A DNA stretch of 64,000 nucleotides, from positions 14,321-78,320 of the IMG/VR virus record IMGVR_UViG_3300042471_000650; one strand, given 5' to 3'. The notes beneath the pieces were generated by a model. The model worked only from the letters and a program-made list of their open reading frames with translations. It was not told the origin of the DNA and did not search any database. Shown here piece after piece: positions 18,335 through 25,364 of this stretch. Every line of letters starts with the position of its first letter. Position 1 is the stretch's first letter. Source of the DNA: a virus. The translations under genes and the position numbers were made by a program.

Positions 18335-18357
18335 AAAAATTGATAGACTACGAAAGA

Positions 18358-18397
18358 ATTATAGTATATGAAAGTTAAAGGATAGTTAAGTGTTAAG
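18358..18397 (-). promoter_or_regulatory. Pho-box promoter of pstS
   Basis: CTTAACA, CTTAACTA and TTTAACTT repeats (last two 11 bp apart) upstream of TATAAT; matches the cyanobacterial PhoB/SphR YTTAAYYW box. Confidence 0.75.
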
Positions 18398-18404
18398 GAA
18401 TCAT

Positions 18405-18431
18405 AAAAAACCACCCCAGAAAGGGGTGGTT
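18405..18431 (-). terminator. Intrinsic terminator after the porin gene
   Basis: AACCACCCC-TTTCT-GGGGTGGTT-TTTT. Confidence 0.8.
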
Positions 18432-18454
18432 CCACTCAAGATGTGAGTAGTTTA

Positions 18455-19933
18455 TCAGAAGGTGAATTTCGTCTGAATCACACCACCAACATTGCTGGAA
18501 GCACCAGAGAATGCTTGGTTGTTGGAGACATAGAACAGTGCAGGAGTGACACTGATATTATCACTTACGCGATAACGATAGAACACTTCCCACATCGTTG
18601 CGTTTGCAGGGAGTCCTTGAGCATTTCCAGGTTGACCCACAGCAACACCAGCGGCATTACCCTTTGCAAAGACATCGCTCCACTGAAGACCTGCCATCCA
18701 AGTTTGGGAGTTGGTTGCGTTAGAAGGAGTCGAAGGACCAGCAACATAGTTCCAACCATAAGCAGCAGAAACAGAAGGAACCCAACCACTCTGCAGAGGT
18801 TGCCAGTAAGCATTCAGAGCATAACCGTTAGAACCTTGATTTGAACCCAAAGTTCCAGAAGCACCATTCAGACCATTAAAGGTGCGAATACGAGTGCCTT
18901 GAGTGCCGTAACGATAACCGAAAGCAACACCCCAGTTAGGAGCACGATATCCAACTTGAGCAAGAGTATTCAGACCACCGGTGGAGTTGAATACGCCAGT
19001 TGAACTGTTATCACCGTCTTGTGCAACATAGTTGATACCCGCAACGATTCCACCCTTCTTACCAGGTTGAACATACTGAATACCAAAACCTTGACCAGTT
19101 GCCTTGTTGTAGACACCAGGAGCACCAGCAACAGCAAAGAAGTCAAGAATATCCGACTTATAAGCAGTAGGAATCCACGCCATTTCGGTGTTACGAACCA
19201 GAGCACCAGCAGTCAGAGTTACACCTTTAGCAAGTGCAGGGAAACTGTAATACAGACGGTCAATAATTACACCATCAGCAGTGGTTTCTGCTTTGTCCAG
19301 TTTGAAGAGTGAAGACGAAGAACCGAAAGGTTGAGCACTGAAGTTACCACTACGCAGACGAGTGCGAAGCAGATCCTTACCAGTGAACGATGTATCAAAG
19401 TTCAAACGAAGATCATAGTTGAAAGCAGTGTTTCCAACTTGAGTTCCGTTACGAAGATTTGCACCATTGACACCACCAAGAATGAAGTTTGCTTCACCCT
19501 TGAGTTTGGTAGTAGTAGAAAACTGCTGTGCTTCCAGAACACCAACTTTCTTTTCCAGACCATCAACACGACCACGAAGGACAGCAAGTTCCGATTGGAA
19601 TTCTGCCAGAAGACGCTTCAGTTCGTCAGTGGTTTCTGAAACACGGTCAAGGCAAGCATTCAGAAGTGCTGCTGCCTCAAAACGAGTCATTGCCTTTCCA
19701 CCAACAAAGGTTCCGTTAGGGTAACCAGCAACACACCCATAACGCTCTACAAGGTTAGAAAGTGCCTGATATGCCCAATCAGTAGGTTGGACATCAGAGA
19801 ATTGTGAAACACTTGTAACCTGACTCTCGGAGTATTGATTGACTGCCACCATATTCAGATCTGCGGCATTCGCAGCAACAGGAGCAACCATTCCCAGAGC
19901 AACAGGTGCAAGCATCAGTTGATTGAGTTTCAT
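18455..19933 (-). CDS. som: Cyanobacterial Som-type outer-membrane porin (SLH + OprB-like barrel)
   Basis: QVTSVSQFSDVQPTDWAYQAL SLH motif, FSTTTKLKGE, C-terminal TKFTF. Confidence 0.93.
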   Translation of the reverse strand: MKLNQLMLAPVALGMVAPVAANAADLNMVAVNQYSESQVTSVSQFSDVQPTDWAYQALSNLVERYGCVAGYPNGTFVGGKAMTRFEAAALLNACLDRVSETTDELKRLLAEFQSELAVLRGRVDGLEKKVGVLEAQQFSTTTKLKGEANFILGGVNGANLRNGTQVGNTAFNYDLRLNFDTSFTGKDLLRTRLRSGNFSAQPFGSSSSLFKLDKAETTADGVIIDRLYYSFPALAKGVTLTAGALVRNTEMAWIPTAYKSDILDFFAVAGAPGVYNKATGQGFGIQYVQPGKKGGIVAGINYVAQDGDNSSTGVFNSTGGLNTLAQVGYRAPNWGVAFGYRYGTQGTRIRTFNGLNGASGTLGSNQGSNGYALNAYWQPLQSGWVPSVSAAYGWNYVAGPSTPSNATNSQTWMAGLQWSDVFAKGNAAGVAVGQPGNAQGLPANATMWEVFYRYRVSDNISVTPALFYVSNNQAFSGASSNVGGVIQTKFTF

Positions 19934-20066
19934 AAAAAATTTGTTTTTAGTACTAAACGACATATTGTGTGTTGTGCAAGTAGTTGAGGCACAATCACTT
20001 CACGGTATTTATCTTAACATTTTCTTTGGGATCAGTCAAGCCCTTTCGGTATTTACGATTCTTATA

Positions 20067-20138
20067 AGCGGATTAGGGGATTCGAACCCCTGACGAACTG
20101 CTTGGAAGGCAGCCATTCTACCACTGAATTAAATCCGC
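20067..20138 (-). tRNA. tRNA-Gly(TCC)
   Basis: GCGGATT/AATCCGC acceptor stem, CTTCCAA loop. Confidence 0.93.
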
Positions 20139-20214
20139 AGATGTGGGAGATTGCTCTCCCAGCACACTTCCTTCACACAAGGATAATATAAGACATAATG
20201 AGTATTATGTCAAG

Positions 20215-20286
20215 AGCCCCCGATCTGATTTGAACAGACGGCCGGCGGTTTACAAAACCGCTGCTCTACCACTGAGCTACAAGGGC
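20215..20286 (-). tRNA. tRNA-Thr(TGT)
   Basis: GCGGT-TTTGTAA-ACCGC anticodon arm. Confidence 0.92.
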
Positions 20287-20290
20287 AAAT

Positions 20291-20410
20291 AGGTATCGAG
20301 TGCCCGACACCCGCAGAAGACACTTTCTGCAACTAGCGGGGGTGATCAAGTCCCCGACCTAATAAAAGTTAGGATTTAGCAAGGAAGACCCAGACATTTC
20401 CAGACCTTCC
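20291..20410 (-). ncRNA. Multi-hairpin structured RNA between tRNA-Asn and tRNA-Thr
   Basis: Five consecutive stem-loops and no ORF. Confidence 0.55.
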
Positions 20411-20412
20411 AA

Positions 20413-20485
20413 CTCCCCCACCTCGACTCGAACGAGGAACATCAAAGTTAACAGCTTTGCGCTCTGCCAATTGAGCTATAAGGGA
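20413..20485 (-). tRNA. tRNA-Asn(GTT)
   Basis: CAAAG-CTGTTAA-CTTTG anticodon arm. Confidence 0.93.
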
Positions 20486-20506
20486 TTATTTTTTCCCTTT
20501 CGGGAA

Positions 20507-20579
20507 TGGAGAATAGGAGACTCGAACTCCTCACCCCCGCCGTGCAAAAGCGGTGCTCTACCAAATGAGCTAATTCCCC
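20507..20579 (-). tRNA. tRNA-Ala(TGC)
   Basis: GGGGAAT/ATTCTCC acceptor stem with G3:U70, TTTGCAC loop. Confidence 0.94.
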
Positions 20580-20672
20580 AGAAGGGTTAAGTGTGGTATG
20601 CCTCAAGGACATATCAGGGACTTAACCTCTGTCTTTTATATATTAGGGTATTTTCAAAAATTTGTCAACCCC

Positions 20673-21143
20673 CTACTGAAACAAATAGTCCTTCCATTCA
20701 GAAACTTTTGTTTTCTGAATATCAAGTATCACTCTACTAATTGGTGCTTGTGGAATACTCTTTAAGACCATATTAGTCTCTTTAAGAAGTTTATTTCCTT
20801 TTTTAAGATTACAAGATGTGCAACAAGCAACTAAATTATCCCAAGTATCTTGACCACCCTTTGAGCGGGGAATTATGTGGTCAATTGTAAGGTCATTTTT
20901 AGACCCACAATACTGACACTCATAATCATCCCGTTTATATATCAGTGCTCTCGTTGGGTAATCTGATCTTCCATAGGAAAATGGAATTCTCACATAATTG
21001 ACCAAACGAATAATTCTTTTTGTAATAAGTTTTGCTTTCTGTTTAAAAAGTAAAACAATTGCACGTTTCCAATTAGTGAAGTGTAGTGGCTCGTAAGAAC
21101 TATTCAGAACCAGTATAGTTGAGTATGGTTCTACTAATTCCAT
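20673..21143 (-). CDS. HNH endonuclease (McrA-like) inside the tRNA cluster
   Basis: RDDYECQYCG...TIDHIIPRSKGG...WDNLVACCTSCNLKK. Confidence 0.9.
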   Translation of the reverse strand: MELVEPYSTILVLNSSYEPLHFTNWKRAIVLLFKQKAKLITKRIIRLVNYVRIPFSYGRSDYPTRALIYKRDDYECQYCGSKNDLTIDHIIPRSKGGQDTWDNLVACCTSCNLKKGNKLLKETNMVLKSIPQAPISRVILDIQKTKVSEWKDYLFQ

Positions 21144-21195
21144 TTTCCTATCACACCTCTTGTTTCTATTTAGATGGCACTTTTTAAAGGTTAAA

Positions 21196-21269
21196 CGTCT
21201 TGGGAGGGACTCGAACCCCCGACCAATTCATTAGAAGTGAATGGCTCTATCCATCTGAGCTACCAAGAC
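21196..21269 (-). tRNA. tRNA-Arg(TCT)
   Basis: GTCTTGG/CCAAGAC acceptor stem, CTTCTAA loop. Confidence 0.93.
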
Positions 21270-21272
21270 ATA

Positions 21273-21342
21273 AAGTAGGTTCCTATCGCCGCCATTCCTG
21301 AACCTACTGAAGGGGAATGTCGCAGTTGATCTCTCAACCCCC
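21273..21342 (-). ncRNA. Pseudoknotted RNA forming the 5' leader of tRNA-Arg
   Basis: GTTGA-GAGA-TCAAC hairpin; GTAGGTTC/GAACCTAC stem crossed by CATTCC/GGAATG; TTGACG-17-TATAAT promoter directly upstream. Confidence 0.55.
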
Positions 21343-21369
21343 ATATTATAAGGTATTGAGAGTCGCTCG

Positions 21370-21558
21370 TCAAGCCTTTGCTTCCTTACGGGCGTTCTTT
21401 TCTTCAGTGATTTCGGTTCTACGGGTCTTGACCAGTTTGGCGACTTCCTGAAGTGCTTTACGAGCACGGGTGCCTGCTGCATTGTTTCCAGCAGCAAACT
21501 TTTCATCTTCTACTTTCCAAGCTTCAACAGCATTCAGTAGTTCTTGTGATACAGACAT
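21370..21558 (-). CDS. Histone H1-like Hc1-family small protein
   Basis: EKF..GNNAAGTRARKAL.E..KL motif. Confidence 0.75.
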   Translation of the reverse strand: MSVSQELLNAVEAWKVEDEKFAAGNNAAGTRARKALQEVAKLVKTRRTEITEEKNARKEAKA

Positions 21559-21591
21559 AATCATCTCCAAAAATAAGGTATGTTTATATAG

Positions 21592-21999
21592 TTAATTTTT
21601 AGGGCAATCTTCAACCCAAGAAGCACAGATTCTCATTTCTCCACCCAAAAGTTTTGATTCTCCTGTTTGAAGAGTTGGATCAATTGGTTTTTCGGAATAT
21701 CTTGGTCGATACTTTTGATCCGCTTCTCTAATAATTCTACCATACTCTGGTGTTACATCACGAATTGCTCTGTCTACATCTCTTACAATTCTACGATTCA
21801 GTTTTTCAGGATCTTTAAGTATAAACTCATTAAGGATAGTTTGTGGGAAATATTTTCTTTGAATTTCGTCCAGTAAGTCCCAAAGTCCATTTTTAGATAC
21901 TCCAGTGCATTGTGAGAGTGCTGCAATAATAGAAGATAATACAATTCCTATAATTGCATATTGTTTTATATCTGGTTTCTTTTTACCAAACTTAAACAT
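21592..21999 (-). CDS. Hypothetical membrane-anchored protein
   Basis: N-terminal TM segment ending in a Cys. Confidence 0.65.
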   Translation of the reverse strand: MFKFGKKKPDIKQYAIIGIVLSSIIAALSQCTGVSKNGLWDLLDEIQRKYFPQTILNEFILKDPEKLNRRIVRDVDRAIRDVTPEYGRIIREADQKYRPRYSEKPIDPTLQTGESKLLGGEMRICASWVEDCPKN

Positions 22000-22031
22000 A
22001 AGAAAGGGGAGCATTAAACTCCCCTTATATA

Positions 22032-22679
22032 TTAAACTTCTACCTTGATCAGACGGGATGCATAATCATAAGCATAAGATGTACGAGCACCATGATGCCC
22101 CCATCCAATCCAACTATACGCATAGTCCATATAACGATTGATAGACTTACCAGGAGTTTTCATCCTACTTTCAATCTCTTTCCATTGGACTTCATTCGTA
22201 AGATAACGAAGTTGCGTGTGAAGTGCTGATGGTGAACCACCAAACCTCTTTGCAAAATCACCCAATCCATAATAACGATTGGCAGATGTCCATTGAATCA
22301 GTCCGTAACCGCCACCGCAGTTACTCCAACTGGTTCTGCTACCACCTTCACAAATGTTAGGAATAAAAGTTGATTCCTGACGAATATTGCCCATAATGGT
22401 AGCAAGGGCGTTTCTGTCTTTAATACCACGTTCCTGGAAGTATGCCAGGGTAGCATTCTCATGTTCATTACACCCTTTACAAATTAACCTTGTCTCTTTA
22501 GGTTTTTCGGGAGCAACCTCGCGGATTGCTGTCTTTGATGTAGGCTCCTCTTGAACAATTGCGAAGGGTGGTTTTGGAGGACCACTCACAGGTGGAGGAG
22601 GAAACACTGAAGGCAGTGATGCCGTTGTGGTTGTAACCGTTGCCAGAAGAGGCAGGGTTACTGTAAAGAAATTTTGCAT
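22032..22679 (-). CDS. Secreted cell-wall hydrolase (phage tail lysozyme-like domain)
   Basis: Signal/Pro-rich N-terminus; ALATIMGNIRQES...GYGLIQWT motif. Confidence 0.75.
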   Translation of the reverse strand: MQNFFTVTLPLLATVTTTTASLPSVFPPPPVSGPPKPPFAIVQEEPTSKTAIREVAPEKPKETRLICKGCNEHENATLAYFQERGIKDRNALATIMGNIRQESTFIPNICEGGSRTSWSNCGGGYGLIQWTSANRYYGLGDFAKRFGGSPSALHTQLRYLTNEVQWKEIESRMKTPGKSINRYMDYAYSWIGWGHHGARTSYAYDYASRLIKVEV

Positions 22680-22890
22680 TTAAATTAATTGAACTCTACA
22701 TCCGTATAGAAGGGGGGTCCACCTTTTTCTCAAAAGGCACCTTCCACGGCTCTGGGTGTCACGGTCAAAGACTCATAAAAAGAAACCCTGCTCATAACAG
22801 GGATTTTACATAATAAGTTAATATTTAGGATTTGTCAAGTATGACAGTTTGTAAAGTGGCACATAAATAAATTGTTATGCCTCTACACCA

Positions 22891-22995
22891 ATGGCAAAAT
22901 CACCAAATAAAGGCAAGAAAGGATCTGCTGGCAGTAAGCAGAATCAAGGTAATGCGACTGCGAAAAAAGCAAAGAACGGTGGCAAGAAAAAGTGA
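22891..22995 (+). CDS. 34-aa Lys-rich basic peptide
   Basis: MAKSPNKGKKGSAGSKQNQGNATAKKAKNGGKKK; late-type ATAAATA promoter at 22863-22869. Confidence 0.6.
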   Translation: MAKSPNKGKKGSAGSKQNQGNATAKKAKNGGKKK

Positions 22996-23001
22996 GGTCA
23001 T

Positions 23002-23193
23002 ATGCCACGAGAGTGGAATACACCAAAGCGTGAGCCTTGGAATGCCCCCATCCATCAGATTTTAAAAGCAATTGATAATCACACTCACGAATACTTCATG
23101 AGTGGTAATACTTGGCACCTAGAAAAAGCAGAGATATTAAGAAAATATGTTAGTGAATTAAAAACCTGGATTCATCAGCAAGAGGAAAAATGA
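23002..23193 (+). CDS. Hypothetical protein
   Basis: 63-aa ORF with GAGG RBS. Confidence 0.7.
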   Translation: MPREWNTPKREPWNAPIHQILKAIDNHTHEYFMSGNTWHLEKAEILRKYVSELKTWIHQQEEK

Positions 23194-23429
23194 AACTCAA
23201 TCTCACCAAACTAATTTTTATAGTTTGTTTTTCTGCGATTGGGTTTGTCAGTATCAATTTTATTGCTTGTAACTTTATGATTCCAGGAACAATCAATAGA
23301 GCAAACGTAAAAGGAGAATTGAAAAATCCTCCCCCTTTAGATTGCAAAGAATCTGAAAGAAGAGGATATGAAACACTTTTAACGATATTAACTACTGTGA
23401 TTGCATTAAGAACTAAAGTGGAAGATTAA
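23190..23429 (+). CDS. Small two-TM membrane protein (possible holin)
   Basis: Two hydrophobic segments; converges on the lysozyme gene. Confidence 0.55.
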   Translation: MKLNLTKLIFIVCFSAIGFVSINFIACNFMIPGTINRANVKGELKNPPPLDCKESERRGYETLLTILTTVIALRTKVED

Positions 23430-23890
23430 GACATCCAAAGTTTTCCTTCAGCAATTCTTCTTCTTCGTAGTCCTGCTTCTACTTTTGTGCCAGGATTACG
23501 ATACAATTCTAGAGTCGCAGGAATACCTTTCCAATCTCTTTCTCTCAACTTTCTGGAGATCGTATTGAATCCAGGAGCACCATAAAAATCAGCGCCAAGA
23601 TTATAACTGAAAGAAAGCAGTGCTCCTTTTTGTTTGTCATTCATTTCACTCCAATAAGGAATCTTCGTTAATTTTGGAAGAAAACGATTGAGTATATCGT
23701 GCTCTAATAAACGATCAGCATAGTCTTGAGTAATAACTCTATCTCTCTTGAATGGAGTGTAGTCAAAGTCCCGAGTACTTCCCCAACCGATTGTGATTGG
23801 AAGTCCTCCAGTTAATGGATCTGGATATGCTTTTAGATGACACCCCTCAAACTCTTTAATTAATTTAATTCCGGGTGCTGGAATTTTCAT
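23426..23890 (-). CDS. Phage lysozyme (GH24 endolysin)
   Basis: EFEG..L.AY.DP....TIGWG.T catalytic motif; GLRRRRIAE. Confidence 0.92.
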   Translation of the reverse strand: MKIPAPGIKLIKEFEGCHLKAYPDPLTGGLPITIGWGSTRDFDYTPFKRDRVITQDYADRLLEHDILNRFLPKLTKIPYWSEMNDKQKGALLSFSYNLGADFYGAPGFNTISRKLRERDWKGIPATLELYRNPGTKVEAGLRRRRIAEGKLWMS

Positions 23891-24588
23891 TGCTTTTTTG
23901 CGTCAAAGATTCTCCCCCAACCATCATTACCTTTAGGGCACCAGCGGCGAACTAAATCTGAACGCTTATAGACGACACCCTTACCATTTGTGACTGGACC
24001 AGTGTATCCATCATTCAGAGAACCATAAGGATCATTAATCACATAATCTTCTCCTCTTTTACCAATGACTACACATATGTGCCCACCAGTAGGTGCAGAT
24101 AGAGAACCGCGATGAAGAATCCCGATACATACAGGTCTACCAGCGGCAAGCTCCCTATCAAGGTTAGCAAAAGAAAGATTGTAACTAAACTGTGACTTAA
24201 TACCATAAGACGCAAGAACTTTGGTTTGAACCGTGTGATCTGTCGTGTCACCAATTGCGAAAACCTTGCGAATATATGCATCATCGCCCTTTGGTCCAGA
24301 AAGTGTGCCTGGTTTAAAGTATTCTAATACCATTGCACAAGAAGATGAATTACAGGTTCTGTTCGCATCTCTGTAATTATCTGTCTGTGGATAAAAAGGA
24401 ACGTCAAGAACGCCAGGAGTCTTTGGTGCTTCTACTTTGGATCTAAAAATTCTCACCCAATTTGCATCATCATCCATTAAGTCTTCTGCTTTTGCCAGAA
24501 GATCCTTTTCAAGTTGCTCTACTGCCGCAACGTGCTTTGGATTCTTCTCATCATAAAATCTAAAGAAGTTATGAAGATCGATTTGCAT
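23887..24588 (-). CDS. Peptidase C39-like protein
   Basis: Q...CNSSSCAM, GGH.CVVIG and NDPYG catalytic motifs. Confidence 0.85.
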   Translation of the reverse strand: MQIDLHNFFRFYDEKNPKHVAAVEQLEKDLLAKAEDLMDDDANWVRIFRSKVEAPKTPGVLDVPFYPQTDNYRDANRTCNSSSCAMVLEYFKPGTLSGPKGDDAYIRKVFAIGDTTDHTVQTKVLASYGIKSQFSYNLSFANLDRELAAGRPVCIGILHRGSLSAPTGGHICVVIGKRGEDYVINDPYGSLNDGYTGPVTNGKGVVYKRSDLVRRWCPKGNDGWGRIFDAKKQ

Positions 24589-24589
24589 T

Positions 24590-24766
24590 TTATTCTCCGA
24601 TATATTCTAATGAAAAAATATCATGCTCTGGAATATCAGGATTCAACCATTCACTAAACTCAGATTGAATTGAATGTGCATCTTCTAGATCTTTTTCACT
24701 CAAATAATGAATACGATCAATTGCCCAATCATGAGAAGTTTTGAGGGTTTGTTCCAAAGTCACCAT
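24590..24766 (-). CDS. Small conserved cyanophage protein
   Basis: MVTLEQTLKTSHDWAIDRIH...EFSEWL; the longer track ORF is probably over-extended. Confidence 0.7.
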   Translation of the reverse strand: MVTLEQTLKTSHDWAIDRIHYLSEKDLEDAHSIQSEFSEWLNPDIPEHDIFSLEYIGE

Positions 24767-24844
24767 AGTATTTAGAGTTTGATGGGTTTTTTTAAGTCTA
24801 TCACTTTTAGGTATGAAAGGCAAGTCTAAATAGGAAAATAAGGT

Positions 24845-25276
24845 ATGCTTATGAATTGGCAATATAATGGTGAGGTCTTTACTGAAGTTCCCAAAGGAAT
24901 GGAAGGATTTGTTTACATAATTACGAATCTTACGAACAATAAAAAATACATTGGTAAAAAACATTTTTGGACAAGGCAGAAAGATAGAAAAACTGGACGT
25001 AGAAAAACTTTAGAAAGTGATTGGAAAAATTACTTTGGTTCTTGTGATGAATTAAATGAGGACGTTAAGACTTTGGGTAAAGAACACTTTCTTCGTGAAA
25101 TCCTATATCTTTGTCCTCATAAGAAGTCAATGAGTTATTATGAAACCTATGAACAGTTTAAAAGAAATGTTTTATTAAGTGAAGACTATTATAATACAAA
25201 TATTGGCGGTACTTTTTATATGAGTGAGTCTGAAAGAATTTATGGTGCGGTCCTTAAGAGCTCAAAGTATTATTAA
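24845..25276 (+). CDS. GIY-YIG endonuclease (Seg-like)
   Basis: GFVYIITN...KKYIGKK...YFGS...E...YYN motif. Confidence 0.85.
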   Translation: MLMNWQYNGEVFTEVPKGMEGFVYIITNLTNNKKYIGKKHFWTRQKDRKTGRRKTLESDWKNYFGSCDELNEDVKTLGKEHFLREILYLCPHKKSMSYYETYEQFKRNVLLSEDYYNTNIGGTFYMSESERIYGAVLKSSKYY

Positions 25277-25280
25277 ATAT

Positions 25281-25346
25281 AACTTATCTTCAACGGAGAC
25301 AAACCTAGTCTAGCAATAAAAAAGCACCCTGTCAAGAGGGTGCTTT
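25281..25346 (-). promoter_or_regulatory. Terminator-embedded TTGACA-17-TAGACT promoter plus copy 1 of the 32-nt repeat
   Basis: AAAGCACCCT-CTTGAC-AGGGTGCTTTTTT hairpin; TAGACTAGGTTTGTCTCCGTTGAAGATAAGTT at 25281-25312. Confidence 0.75.
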
Positions 25347-25364
25347 GAATTATGTTAGGATTTA

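Noticed and set aside
21273-21342. Theta/HDV-like ribozyme
   Set aside because: It is 5' rather than 3' of the tRNA and lacks the P3/P1.1 nested double pseudoknot; kept only as an unassigned RNA.
21231-21506. 91-aa ORF, also 12806..13060 and 37320..37532
   Set aside because: They overlap tRNA genes or better-supported CDSs.
24767-24964. N-terminal extension of the 24590 ORF
   Set aside because: Overlaps the divergent GIY-YIG gene; the protein more plausibly starts at 24766.
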